From: Lama glama
Taxonomy: Eukaryota
Length of the DNA stretch: 60,000 nt
Direction of reading: 5' to 3'
NCBI GenBank assembly: GCA_028534125.1
Contig: CM052818.1
Coordinates: forward strand, 42,472,001 to 42,532,000
Below the pieces are notes generated by a model that was given only the letters and a program-made list of their open reading frames with translations, searched no databases and had not been told where the DNA came from. Shown piece after piece: positions 24,261-37,529 of this stretch. The stretch's first letter is position 1; each line of letters begins with the position of its first letter. Both the position numbers and the translations under genes were made by a program.

Positions 24261-26865
24261 AAACGCCATTTTAAATGACTTCGTGGTATTTAACCTTGGA
24301 TTGTAAACATAATTTACTTAACCGATTCTCTAATGTTGGACATTAATTCTTTTCAAGTTTTTCATCTGTGTTAATAACACTGTGATAAGCTTCCTTATGG
24401 AAAATCTTGGTCAGTCTTGCTGATTAATCTCCTAGAGTCAACTCTGGAAGTGAAGTTACCGGATCCAAGTGTCTAAACATTTTGCCAGCTAGCTTTCCAG
24501 AAAGTTTGTACCGATTGACACTTCGTATAGGAACACATAAAGGATATCTTGTATATCTCGAGCATGTTTAATAATATTTGCCAGGCAGAAATACGATCTT
24601 ACCTTCTTATTTTGGTCTCTTTTCCTGGATGACAGCAGTAATTGAAATTGTAGAGGTAGCTGGGCTCAGGCTGGCTCCTGGAGGGCCTTGAATGTCTTTG
24701 GTGCCAGGGATAAACACGTTGCCATTTTTGAGGGACATTCTAGAATAACTCCATTTAAATTCTGTGCTTAGGGTCAAAATATAGTGCTGTGCTTAAGGAA
24801 TTTGTCTTACTTCTTCCGCCATCAGAACCAGCAGTGGTGACCTACAGATATAAAAGAGGATTAGACCTCCTGTGATTTCCATTTGACTTAAGAAATAATC
24901 ATGTCATATGCAAATCCGTGAAGCCCAAAGCAGACTTTTTTTTTTTTTAACGGACTTCATATAGAGTCAGTTACCCTGAGCAGATGACGTTTGTCGCTCA
25001 GGCTAATTATCCGTGAATCGGGCACACCAGAGGATGCTCTGACTGCATCCATAGTCAGGGAGGATTGGGCCAGATGAGGGACACACATCCCTGCAGAAAC
25101 AGGGAACTTCAGAGACGCAGCTGAGAGGCCAGAAGGAAAACACAGGCTTGCAACATATTTGTAGGAGTAAATGGGACAAAAGGCAGAAGCGATTAATTCA
25201 TTTCTTTGGGAGCTAATTGATGAATCGTTACCCAGGACTTTTCAAGCCTCTTCCTTTGTTTCAAGTCCAAGGCTCACTGTGTTTTTCATGCCTAATTAAT
25301 CAGGACGTGTATTTCCTTCCTTTGCCAAAGGTGCAAAATTAATCGTGCTGGGATCCTGAAACCCTCTCAGGTAAGTTTTTTGAAAGATACACCCATTGAC
25401 TTGCCACCACCTACGCAAGTCAACGATGGGATCCCGGAGTTCCTGTGCAAGGCTTTGGAAGTGTGCTTTTGTTTTCTTGGAGATTTTGACAATCAGGGGT
25501 TGGGTAGGCATTTTACTGACAGGCAGTTGAAATTGCGAAGCTGCATGTGGCGTTCTGGGAATTCCTGGGATCAAGTTCCCCCCTGGCTACAGGTGTGGGT
25601 CATTAAACTAGGCGGCCTCTGCAGGGCGCTCAAGGCCTGCGTCCTTGTCTCAAGGCGGCCCAGGTGCTCACTCTCCTCACTGGGGCCCTGTCTCTGCAAG
25701 ACCAGTGCCCTCTTGCCCAGCAGACAGCCTGGACCCAAGCTTGGGACACCCAAAGCAGAGCCCTGTAAAAATGGAGAAAGTTCCTGTTTCAGGGACTCAT
25801 CTAGACATTTTTAACGTTGGACATCTAGGAAAAGGCTGTTTTGACTTTCTCATAGCGTCAGTTTTGTTTGTGTTTGAGTTTGGAGCGTGTTTTGAATTAC
25901 AGATGTGGGTAAGGATGGAGTGAGCAGGGTACCTGCTCATCTTTTCAGAATGCAGGGTCACTAAAGGGCTTAGCTGGATGCTGTGTCCCCTGGAGGACTC
26001 TGTGCAGGACGAGACGGCCAGTAAGGGCATCGCCCAGAATCTCGCACAGTGGGCCCCACAGAGCTAGAGTGTGAAAACCGTTTGAAATGCCTTTTATCCA
26101 GTGCTACAGAGCTCCCAACTGAAGCCTTGCTGCCTGTGGCTCTTCCCAATAAGGAGCGAGATTTTGTCAGTATAAACCTACTAGATGTAAATACGCATCT
26201 GGGTGTCAGGCCTGTTAGCTGTTTACCCAGAGGGGTTTTACAGCCTCAGGTGGGTTCTCTCCAGGGCAGGAAAGGTAATGAGATGAGGCTGCATTTTCTT
26301 GTTTTAATTACTTTTCTATTTGGAGCATACTTTCAAAGACGTCTTGTTAATTTTCAACAGTATGTTTTGGGGGGAAACGTAAGACAATGTTCTTTCCATT
26401 TCTCTTTGGGTTTTGTGGTTTGCTTGAGCTAGATGACTGTCCTGCAGCTGATCCATGGAAAACCCCAGGCCCAAGCAGGAATTATTACTGTATTATATAT
26501 ATTATGTTATTATACCAGAATATTAACCCTGGGATCACACGGTCCCATTCTGTTTTGGTCCGCGTGCACATGGCTTATGTCGAGGTAATTTAATGCTTTT
26601 ACATCAATGGAAACTAAGGCTGAGCTGGGGAAATCTTTATGGAGCCAAGTGATTTACTACAGAGGTCAGCATTCCCTGTATTCTTGTGATTTGACTTCAA
26701 GGAAGAAAGCTGAGATGAAGGACTCAACCTTTAAGTTCCCAGATGACTGAAAAGATGAGTTGTCACCCTTCAGAAGGCAGAAGGAGACAGGTGGACAGGT
26801 AGAAAAGGCAGTGAGGGGAGGGCCCATTGGCTGGACTTGATATGCTGGGCCTCCGTCCTCTGGGT

Positions 26866-27201
26866 CAGAGGTCACAGGTCAAAGGCCCACTTGCCAACCC
26901 CTGCCCACAGACAGGTATTTTTGGCCCACAGAATGTTTAAAACTCCTGACTCAGATGTTGATCTTTTTTAAAGGTAGTGATTTCATATAAAAATCTGACT
27001 TTCAGCTTTTTTGGAAAAAGAACTGGTAACACAGCTTGCATGTCCCCATGGCAACCATTTCTGGAGCTGTGTGGGGACCACTCTCAGTGGACCCTGCCGA
27101 GCCCTTCTCATTCAGTATTGTGCCTCCTCCCCTCCTGGTATCCCAACCTTGCTTACTCCATTACCTGCCTGTGTCCTCTGGGTACCTGAGCTGTGACCGT
27201 G
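26866..27201 (+). mobile_element. MER102-like hAT-Charlie MITE
   Basis: CAGAGGTCAC..TTGGCCCACAG..GATTTCATATAAAAATCTGA..CATGGCAAC..TTACCTGCCTG..TGTGACCGTG. Confidence 0.75.
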
Positions 27202-28209
27202 GCTCTAAACCGATGCTGTTAACACCAGTCTCCCCCAGTCTCAAGTCTTTTGTCCTGCCCAGGCCTCAGTGTTCCCACGTGTAAAATGAGGAATTAGATT
27301 AGAGACGGTCCAGAGCCTCTCTCAACTCTCACATTTTGTGATTCTGAAATGATCTGGAATTTTAAAATCATTATTTCAGGTATACATGAAAAGCCAATTA
27401 CACTTCTTTGACTTTGCAGAATTCCAAAATTCATGAAACGCTTACAAAGCCATTTGTAATTCGACCTAGTGAGACCAGGCTGTCTAGTAGCTCAGAATGT
27501 TTCGGGGAGGATAGAGGGGCTAGTTTTGCTGTGGGATTAGTCTCCATATTTTAAACCAGTCGGGAGGCTGGAGGGACGGGCTCTGGGCAGGTGGACACCC
27601 TTGCTCTGTGCTTGTCTGGTGCCGTTTGTGTAAATCCAGCTTGAGCTCGGGTCTCCACAGCCCACCTGTTTACAACCCCGTCTCTCATGCTGAATCTGGG
27701 TATCTTCTCTCCCGTCCCAGTCAGTTTCAGGGATGAGGAGAACCCTGGACCGGGAGTTAGCCAAGCTGGATCCTTGTTTTCAATCTGCATGGACTCATTG
27801 CTGGATCCTGCTCACATCCCTTCAGTTTCCAGCTCTGTAAGACTGGAAGGAATTTCTTCGAGCTCTGACATCTGTGGTTCTCAGGTCCATCCTCTGCTTC
27901 TGTAGGAGACATCAAGGCAGAGCCCACAGAGGTTGCCAGGGACCCCGCAGACAGTGTGTCGGGGACAGTCCACAGAGCCAGCAGGGGCTCCTCGGTGCGC
28001 CGTGGCTGCGGGTCTCAAGAACCTCTCCATCTAATTGGAAAATAAAGCACATACCGAAGACTGTACCATGGGAGAAGAAATTGGTATCTTTTGTCTCCTT
28101 TTTCTCCACTTTTAAAGGTCTTTCATGTTCAACCTCTGGGCCTTTGCAGTGAAACAGAAAGAAAGAATTTAAAAAGAAATTCAGAAAGATGGGAAATCGG
28201 TGAAATTTC

Positions 28210-28715
28210 CCGTCAGATTGATTTTTCTAAAATACGGCTCCAATGACATACTCAGATTCTTTGTCCCTGTGGGGTCTTGTATCAAGTTCCAGTGCTTTGG
28301 CTGGCCCTGTCCCGTCTGGCATGACGGCCTTCTGCGTACTCACCAGGGAGGGGAACACCGACTCTCCGCCTTGTCCTCCCTGCGGCCCCCTGATCCTGCT
28401 GGGCCTGCCCCCAGCCCACCCTGCCCCTCCTGCTCAGACCCCGGCCGGCCTCCGGGACCCCCTGCCGAGGTGCGGCTGACCCTGCTGACCTTCCCCGAGC
28501 ACGTGCTGTCCGCTCTCAGCTCCCTCGCATGTGACCCAAGCTGCTCTGGGATGTCCTCCAGGGTGGCCCTCTCGGTGTGTCGTGTCTCTTCACCTCGAGT
28601 CCTGCCTGTTAACCTCACAGTTAGGAATTTGAGTTCCTGCCACTGGAGCCTTGGACCTCAGGCACTCAGTAAATATTTGTTGTGTAAATAAACAAAGGAG
28701 TGACTGAATGAAGGA
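28210..28715 (+). mobile_element. L2 LINE 3' fragment
   Basis: GATTTTTCTAAAATAC... ending in AGGCACTCAGTAAATATTTGTTG...TGAATGAA. Confidence 0.6.
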
Positions 28716-29230
28716 CAGGATAAAGGGAACAGGTGGCCCCCCGGCCACGGCGCACCAGTTCTCAGACGTGAACGGCTCTGCCGGCTTTCACCAGCCTCTC
28801 CCTGGCTGGCATTCCCTCTGTCTGGCTGTCAGGGTGGCCGGTGAGCAGCCCCTCATGCAGGACATGCAGGACTGGCCAGCATCCCTCCCAGGCTGAAAGG
28901 GATCTGACGTTCAAGGTCTTTTTCTGATGCCTTAGAAGGTGAGTTCTCTGCGGACCTTTAGTGCGTTCCTTCCTCTGGGTGCGCTGCTGCAGGGGAGAGC
29001 AAGGCTGCTCACCCTGTCTTCCGCCTCTGTAATATCTGCAGCCAAACATCCTGAGTCTGATCGGTTGGGGATGAAGGCAGACTAAAGAAGGAGACAGCCT
29101 GGTCACGCGCATCACGCTCAAGGAAGCCCCGGCTCATCTTCTCTAACTCCTTCTTACTGTGTGACCAGCATTGCCTGCAAGTTGCTCAAATACCTATTTT
29201 AATGAATAGACAAGAACGATCTAGAGTAAC

Positions 29231-29616
29231 TGTATGAGTCAGGATTCCCCATAGAAACAGAACCCATTGGAGAGCTGGGGATTTAGAGCCAGTGTAAGAA
29301 AGACCCTCAGGCTTGAAACCTACGAAATGCTGAGTTTTCAGTTCAACTTGAATGCAAAGGCAGGGAAAAAAAAAAAATGAAGTCCCAGTCCAAAGGCTAC
29401 CAGGCAGGAGTTTCCTCTTCAGCCTTTTTGTTCTAGTCAAACTTTCAACTGATTGGATGAGACCCACCCACAGCAGGGAGGACAACCTACTTTATTCATC
29501 TGATTTAAATGCCAATCTCATCTCAAAACATCCTCAACAGAAACAGAATAACGTCTGACCCAATATCGGGACGCCCTGTGGCCCAGTCTGGTTGACACAT
29601 AAAAGTAACCTTCACA
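29231..29616 (-). mobile_element. ERVL solo LTR (MLT2 family)
   Basis: TGTATGAGTCAGGATTCCCCATAGAAACAGAACC ... GATTGGATGAGACCCACCCACA ... GTTGACACATAAAAGTAACCTTCACA. Confidence 0.9.
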
Positions 29617-30154
29617 GGAAGCAAATCAATAGATTTTTACATCACGTGTAATTTTCAAGTGGTTTCCAGTGCTGGAGCATAATTTGTTCTGTTTTGTGTT
29701 GCCTAAATGTTCTGCAATTTTACCTTCACCATGAATGTACCAGCTTCTCAGACCACTGGAAGGAGGGAGAGAAAGCGAGGGAAGGGTCAGTGGTGAGGAG
29801 CACAGACACCCTGTAAGGGACCCCTGCCTTGTGCATGAGGATGTGACTCAGCTTTTCCTGAGACCAGCGTCAGAAGATGGAGGGTGCAGTGCTTTAATGA
29901 GCTTTGGAGTCTGTGTTTCGCCTTAAGGAACCAGAATTGAACAAGCGTGGGGGCATTTCTGGGAGATAATTTAGAGATAGCGAAATAGATTTTATCTCAG
30001 ACACCCCGGGCTCTTTCTAATACTGGTTTTGCTGAGAATAAGCCACTTGAATAATGGATTAATTAATTAATCATAGGTATAATTTATTGAACATTGCTTC
30101 TGTGATAAAAATAAAGTGCTTACCATATATTATTTCTGATGCTAGGTGTTTTTT

Positions 30155-30617
30155 ACTTTTTTTTAACTTTTCTATTGAAGTATAGTTGATTTACAATGTT
30201 GTGTTAGTTTCTGCTGTACAGCAGAGTGATTCAGTTATACATATATGTGCATATTCTTTTCCATTATGGTTTTTTTTTACAGGATATTGAATATAGTTCC
30301 CTGTGCTGTACAGGAGGACCTTGCTGTTTATCTATTTTATAAACAGTTCATATCTGCTAAACCCAGAATCCTAATTTACCCTCCCCCACCCCCTTACCCC
30401 TTTAGTAATCATAAGTTTGTTTTCTACCTTTGTGAGTATCTTTGTTTTGTAAATAAGTTCATTTGTGTTATATTTTAGATTCCACATGTAAGTGATATTA
30501 TGTGATATTTGTCTTCCTCTGCTTGACTTACTTCACTTCGTATGATCATCTCTGAGTCCATCCATGTGGCTGCAAATGGCATAATTTTATCCTTTTTAAT
30601 GGCTGAGTAGTATTCCA

Positions 30618-30663
<46 letters not shown>

Positions 30664-30950
30664 GCGTGTGTGTGTATGCCACACCTTCTTTATCCAATTA
30701 TCTTTCAATGGACATTTAGGTTGCTTCCAGTTCTTGACTGTTATAAATAGTGCTGCTATGAACATTGAAGTGCATGTATCTTTTCAAATTAGAGTCTTCT
30801 CCGGATATACGCCCAGGAGTGAGACAGCTGGATCATATGGCAACTCTGTTTTTAGTTTTTTAAGGAATATCCTGTTGTCCCTAGCAGCTGCCCCAAACTA
30901 CATTCCCACCAACAGTGTAGGAGGGTTCCCTTTTCTCCACACCCTGTCCT
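30155..30950 (-). mobile_element. 5'-truncated cetartiodactyl-type L1, inserted into a MIR
   Basis: TTGAAGTATAGTTGATTTACAATGTTGTG 3' UTR; ORF2 C-terminus (MFIAALFITVKNWKQPKCP..MEYYSAIKKDKIMPFAATWMD); TSD ATGCTAGGTGTTTTTT / ACGCTAGGTATTTTTT. Confidence 0.93.
30620..30675. repeat. (TG)n microsatellite inside L1
   Basis: About 19 perfect GT units, then TGCG variants. Confidence 0.95.
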
Positions 30951-31004
30951 ACGCTAGGTATTTTTTGTATTTCCTTATTTGAGCCAAGCAGCAAACTGAC
31001 TGTA

Positions 31005-31132
31005 TGCATTTTGTTTCCGCTTTACAGATGTTAAAACAGAGACATTAAGCCACTCATGCCAGGTTGCAGGCCTGGTACACGCAGAGCTGAGACTCACATG
31101 CTGACCATCCTGACCCCAAAGTCCATGCTCTC
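31005..31132 (-). mobile_element. MIR fragment
   Basis: TTTACAGATGTTAAAACAGAGAC...CTGACCCCAAAGTCCATGCTCT. Confidence 0.7.
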
Positions 31133-33534
31133 GGACCCCCGTGGTTCTCACCTTTGTGAGAACGTGCTGGTTTTTATGCAGGCTGATCAGTCATTCCCAG
31201 AGGCCTGTTAATGGAGCCCTCCCCTCCCCCAGTGTAACCACACCAATTTGGAAGAACTGTAATTCTGTTGTGATGGATGAAAATGGTATGATGATTCTGT
31301 GTGTTATGTTGGTAAAAGCAGGCTCTACCTGTATTACACATCCGTTCTCTCCTCATCACAGCATTATTCGGGGACAGAATAAAACATGCGGCTGAGGGCA
31401 GACAATTTTAGCCCACAGCAATTTTCAATTTTAGAACACTTTTGCAGTGGTGCTCAGGAGGTACGTATTCCACGTGGAATAGACTAGAACATTTTGTTCC
31501 TTCCAAACAAACCTGGGGAGGTGGGGGGAGAACAAAACCCAGCTTTTATTTGAAAAGCTTAAAAGGTTGCTGCTGTGGACTTAGTCATCCAATGTGGGTG
31601 CCCACACTGTGCGCCGCCCCCGACTACATGATGGGGAGACGGGGAGGAAGGGAAGGCAGGTCCTGCCTGGGGAGGAGGTGATGGATTTTGGGCGCTCAGT
31701 TGCAGGGAGCAGGAACCTGCTCAAGTGCTCTGGGATACTGGGGTACTGGAAAGAAAGCAGAGTCCGGCCGGGTCCCAGGGGTGGGAGGGGAACACTGGGA
31801 CAGTGCTCGTCCCTCCCCGACGAGTGGTCCCCACGCTGCCTCTGCCCTCACATCCGCTCCATTCTTCACGGAGCTGCTTTCCTGGTCACTCGGTGCCACG
31901 CCCACCACAGGCAGATGCGTGGACATGAAAATGTTCCCAAGGATGACTCACTCCTTGAAAGCAGGGGAAACATCCGTTAACCTTCCGGGTCGCTTTCGTC
32001 ACGTCCCAGCTCTCACCTTCAGTTCCCACACAGACCTGCGTCTGAATGCCACCTCCAGCACATATCAGCTGACTTGGCCAAGTTCTTGTCACCCAGGTCT
32101 TAGTCCCCTTGGTTGTCAAGTGGAGAGGACAGCACACGTCCCTGCTGGGAGGAGCAAATGGAAGCACCTGTGCAGAGAACTTAGGCGATCCTTAGCCATT
32201 ATGATTTTTACAGCTCTCTCTCTCAGTCTGCGGAAGTGAGCTTTTGGGTCCAGGGTGCCGGCCGGGTGAGCTGCTGCAGACCCTGGTCCCCAGGGGCCTG
32301 GGCTTGTCCCCCTGGGGTCTTCAGTCGGGGAAGCTGGTAGAGGAGGCAGCAAGAGAGAAGGTGAGAGCAGGCCCGAGGAGGGATTGGTTCTAGGGGCCAA
32401 ACTGGGCCAGAGCTGGGATGCCACACACAGATCGGACCCGAACTTAAGGCCCAGAGGCAGTGGAAGCAGCCTTCAGGGTGTGATATCTGTGAGTAGCTAT
32501 CACCTGATTCAGAACATGAAATGAGCCAGTGATGTTGGAAGATTGATTTGGGCAGTGACCAACTCTACTGTATCCCTAGCCCCCAGCACAATGCCCAGCT
32601 CAAACCGGTGACTCCACCCACGTATGCCATATGAATGAATTAACGGACAAATGGTGGAGGGGGCAAAGGCTGGCATACAGATCACTGTGAGAGCAAACAG
32701 AACAGACCGGGGCATGAGGGACTGTGTGATGCTGGTGCTGGGCCCAGGGCACGGCAGAGGGCTTGGGGCAGAGCCAGGTAAATTGGGCTGGTAGTAACAC
32801 CATCACCACCACCCTCATCTTATTAATAGCTACCACTTTTGAGCATTGGTTTTTTTTTGGGGGGGGAGCAGATTTTATATTAAATTATCTTGTGTATTTA
32901 GTTATTACAATCCCCCTGTGAGAGAGACATCATTACCTTCATCTCATACATGTGGAGACCGAGGCTGACAGGTTAAAGACCTTTCTGCAGATCCCACGTC
33001 GAGAGAGTTGTGATCCAGCCCAGCTGTGCCTGGCTGCCAGCTGTGCCCTCAGCCACATCGTTGTGCCGCCTGCCAAAATGCAGCCTCCCTGAGTGGACTG
33101 AACCGTCTAGGCTACCGGGTGGCAGCCAAAGTCTCACACAGTCTGGGCTCCGTGACACGTCTGGTCAGAGCCCAGCCATCTTGATGGGGGGAACTGAGGG
33201 CAGTGGTCTAGCAGGCTGAGCTGGACAGTTTGGGCTCTGGATTCATGAGGAAAGGGCCCCTGGTCTTAACTATACGAGAAGGGGGAGAAAGAGCGGCCCC
33301 TGGCGCACAGGGCACCCCTCTCCGCAGAAGGATGTGGCTGCACTGTGCGCGGCTTTCTCCGGGACGGGAGTTTGGGTAGCACCTTTGGATGAGGAGGTCA
33401 TGGGACCAAAGAGGTCATGGGTGTCAGGAGAGCCAGTGGCTGTAGACTCTGCTTGGGTTAGAGGCCTTGGCTGGGTGTACTGGACTGTCCTTGTAATATC
33501 ATAGTAAGTCAATAAATAAATGTGGCATGTGGCA

Positions 33535-33820
33535 AATATCTATTTATTCTCTACCTGTCATCTATTTATCATTTATCTGTCTCTGCTCTCCGTGTCTGTC
33601 CTCTGTCTGTCTACCTACCTTACCTACCTATTTATCATCTATCCATCCATCTACTATCTGTCCATCCATCCATCCATCCATCACTTACCTATCCATCTAT
33701 TTATCATCTATCGCTGCCTCTCCCTGTCTGTTACCTATCAGTCTATCTGTCTATCTATCCATCCATCCGTCCATCTATCTGTCCATCTACTTACCTACTT
33801 ACCATCCAGCTGTCTACCTA
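33535..33820. repeat. Degenerate compound (CTAT/CCAT/CTGT)n tetranucleotide tract
   Basis: ATCTATCCATCCATCTACTATCTGTCCATCCATCCATCCATCC... over ~290 bp. Confidence 0.9.
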
Positions 33821-34209
33821 GGCTGAGGATCTCAGTGAAGAGTAAGGAGGTCCATGAACAACTTGAGAGGACTTAACACTGAGCTTACTGTCTTCAACAC
33901 ACCTCCCTCGGAGGTACCCCCTTGGAACTCCCAGAAGTAACTTGGGGAGACTTAGAGTGAAAGGGAAAGATTCAGCAGTCACACAGGTAGCGACGGCATG
34001 CTAGTCAAAATCCTAAATTAAAGTTACCGTGACCCCATGGCTCCTCACGGGCCAGTGAGACCCGGGGATGTCTGGGCTCGCGAAGAGCGTGGTTTTGGCT
34101 TTGCTTGGTTGAGCTAGAGATTGTGGGCATCGATGTGGAAACATCACTGAGAGGCAGAGATAATTCAGGGGGAAAAAGCCAACCACCCTTGCAGGACAGC
34201 CCTTTCCTA

Positions 34210-34727
34210 ACTGAAGGATTAAAGGTGTCTGTGAATTCTTTGGCAGCCCTCCCACCAAGAGGTGATGTTTACATCTCAACCCTTTGCATCCAGGTAGGCT
34301 CTGTGACCCATAGAATGGGGCAGAAGGGATGCTTTGTGAAATTGGAGTCTTGTTCTTCCTGGCTCTTTGAATTCTCTTTCTAAGAGCTCTGAGCCACCAC
34401 ATAAAGAATCTGACTACCTGACACCATCATGCTGGGAAGGTCACATGGTGCCTCTTCAGGCCAGCTGTGCCCAGCCTTCCAGCCGTCCCCACCAGGGTGC
34501 CAGACATGGAAGCGAAGCCATCTGGTCCGCCTGACCAGCTCATCCACCCACTGAATTCCACTGAATGATTTCAGTTGCTGCCATTTGGAGCAGAAGACGT
34601 ACCCAACTGAGCATTGCTCAAGTTCTTGACCCATAAAATTGTGAGCTGTCGTAAAATGGTTGCCTTTTTTTCTTTAAGCCACTGAGTTTTGGAATAATTT
34701 GTTGTGCAGTAATAGATAACCAGAGCA
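34210..34727 (+). mobile_element. MaLR LTR (MLT1G/H-like)
   Basis: GAGCCACCACATAAAGAATCTGACTACCTGA..CATGCTG...TTTAAGCCACTGAGTTTTGGAATAATTTGTTGTGCAGTAATAGATAACCAGAGCA. Confidence 0.85.
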
Positions 34728-35804
34728 ATCATCCTTCAGATCTCTTTTTCACCCAAATTGGCAAGGGCTTTCAGTGTGGGTCACGGGGACCAGGGAGAGG
34801 AGAGGACAAGTAATTGGCACACGAGGGCATTTACGGATGCTGTTGCTCTGAAGTTGAATCTCTTTGGATGTGGCTTTATTCTTATCAGCTCAAGTCTAGT
34901 AAGTTATCTCTGGGTGCATGTGAGCCTGTTTGGCTTAAAAAGATTGGATGGACTGTGATGGTTCAGGACTTCTGGAGGAGAAAGGGCCACCCACCCTCTT
35001 CCACCTAAGAGCCTGCCTGGCCCACCAGCGCTGAAGGAGAAGGCCGATCCGCCTGAGTGGCTGGGGCATCGCCAGGTCTGCCCGGTTGGGTGGGACTGGC
35101 TTCTGGGACAGAGGGTCTGGCTCATGGGATGATGGTCTGACTTACTCTTCTTGGCCCCCTCATCTTCTGTGCCCCCTCCAGGGTGGGACTGAGGTCTCCT
35201 GTTCTTTACCAAACAGTGGAAAGAAAAGAGCTGTTGCTTTGCCAATGTAACAGCTGTAGCAAGCTATGCCGTAGAGCGTGAATGACTGTAAATGTCAGTC
35301 TTTCTGAAAGTGTGTATTGGCCCCGTGCACTGTGCCTGGTCCTTGGAGTGAGGAACTAGCTCTACAGGGATGACTGAGACCCAGGTCTGCCCTCAGAGGG
35401 CTCCCGCCTGTTAGAGGGTGAAGCCAATCAAGAGGAGAATTGCATCGCAGGGAGCGAGGGCCACCTGGAGGACCCTGCCAAGGGCGGTAGACCCCCGGGG
35501 AGGGCGGTGACATCTGCCGAGAACTTGGCAATGGATTGGACACATCAGATACACAGGAACCAGAGCTCTTTCAGAATGACAAGAGCTTCAGAAATTGAGT
35601 GCTCTTCAGAGGTCACGGTGGGGGTGATGGTGAGAGGTTCCTGTTAGTACTGAGCACAGAGAAGGTCCCGTGTCCTTGGAAATTTGTGTGGAAAGGAGTG
35701 AAGGTGGTGAATCCTGACAGATCCCACCAGAGGCCTCACCAATGAGTGGTGACTTCACCTTGCTTTCTTAGGGGCCTGAAAGTGACACTGATGACGGGGA
35801 GGGT

Positions 35805-35990
35805 GTGCCTTTATTGAACGCCGACAGCATACTTAAACCTCTTTGACATTTCCCAAACATTTATGAAGGAGGAACTATCATTCCCACTTTACAGATGAGG
35901 AAACTGAGGGTTAGAGAAATTAAACATTTGGATGAAGCCCACACAGCTAGTTTAGTGGCTGGGCTAGGTTTCTCATTTCACCCCGATCTG
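35805..35990 (-). mobile_element. MIR SINE
   Basis: ATTCCCACTTTACAGATGAGGAAACTGAGGGTTAGAGA. Confidence 0.85.
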
Positions 35991-37047
35991 GTCCAAAATT
36001 TCACATTTCCTCTTTTTGGAAGAATGAAACTTGGAGTTAAAGCCTCTGAGACTAATCTGGTCCTTTGTCATTTTACATTTTCAGAGTCAGATTAACCAGG
36101 CTTTGGAGGGGATTCTGAGGTCGCCTAGACCATCCAACTATCACTTAAAACTTTGCTGCACTTTTCCTACTTGAGAGGAGATTGAGACAGAGGCTGTGGA
36201 GACAAATGACCATCACTTACATGCAGTTTTCTGTCTCACAGCACTTGTCTCTGTAACAAATTGCAGTACATTTTTCCCTTTTTACTTCTTCTATGATGCA
36301 CATTTTCTCAAGTCTCACTCCACCTTCATTCAGTAGGATTGAAATTTATTGGGACACAAAATTGTATATTCTCTCTGATCCTGATTGTATTATGTGGCCA
36401 GGAAGACCGGAAGGAAATACATCCAAATGCTAAAAGTCATCATCTCTGGGTTATGGGGTAACTACTGATTTTTATGCCTGCATTTATTCTTTTTTTCTGT
36501 ACGGTCCAAGTTGTTTTTGTTGTTGCTGTTGTTTTTAACAATGAAAAGGCCATTATTTGGAAAAATTTCAGGACAGCCTGATGGTCTGCAACTCAGATCG
36601 AGAGCCCTCAAATCCTTTCTCCACCCCGGGGGTCCAGGGACAGGGTCCCCTTCCTCAGGGGAGAGTGGGTGAAGGTGACCGAGATCAAAGCCCTCCTTGT
36701 GTGTAACCTTTGTGAGTGCCGGAAGGAGGTGTTATTTCCTCGCCCTGCCTCTCAGAGATGTTGGAAAAGATTAAAGTGGCAAAGTCAACAAGTTTCTTGG
36801 AACTTTCTAGAAGAAAGAACCGACAAAGGACAAAGAGTTCTTTCTTTGTAGCAGTAAAGGTGCTCTTCAGGAGAATGTGTTATACTAACGTCATTGACCG
36901 TCTATAACTGTTCATCATCATAATACTGTGAAGCCCCAACTTGGCTAATTTGCATCCCAGCCACCACAGGGAAACTGTCCATCTGACCGTGTTACTCCCC
37001 TACTTGAAACCCATATGTTATACACATAGAATATACTTGTACACGCA

Positions 37048-37514
37048 GTTATATCCGCACCCCAGTGGGAAACAAATGGCACGCTCTATTCAGGGTAATT
37101 TGAAGAGAGTTCACTAAGTTGCAAAGGGGTTAGTTACAAAGACATGGGTGATACTTTGGGGACCCACAAAGATAGAGCAGGAAACCAGATCCATTAGCAG
37201 CAGAGCTGTCCGCAGCCTCGAGCTGAAGGAACGAGGGGAGGAAATAGTTATTGGAATGAAAAGGAAGATGCTGGGTGAACACTGCTGTTTGGCTGGGGGT
37301 GCGTGGCCAGCAAGAGGCAGCCTTGCCAGGACGGAGCCAGAGGGATAAAGCCTCAGACACCGCTTTACTTCCTCTGATCTGCCTCTGGGGCTGCCCAGTG
37401 GTGGATGCCAGCAGGAGCCAGAGGGGCAGGTCTGTGGATGTGGTCCATATAAGGGGTCTCTAGGGGCAAAGGGCAGCGTGCAGAAGAGTGGAGAGGGGAT
37501 CTCTCTCCAGCACA
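37048..37514 (-). mobile_element. ERVL LTR (LTR41-like)
   Basis: GGAAACAAATGGCACGCTC..GGGTAATTTGAAGAGAGTT..TTACAAAG...GGAGCCAGAGGGGCAGG...CAGCACA. Confidence 0.65.
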
Positions 37515-37529
37515 CTGTTCTGCAACTTG

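Noticed and set aside
30475..30765. 96-aa ORF with protein-like sequence
   Set aside because: L1 ORF2 C-terminal remnant with a microsatellite, not a host gene
31594..32239. 128-183 aa ORFs
   Set aside because: No family similarity; composition typical of translated GC-rich non-coding sequence
33520..33876. Three-frame hydrophobic ORFs (IYLSIHPS...)
   Set aside because: Translation of a CTAT/CCAT simple repeat
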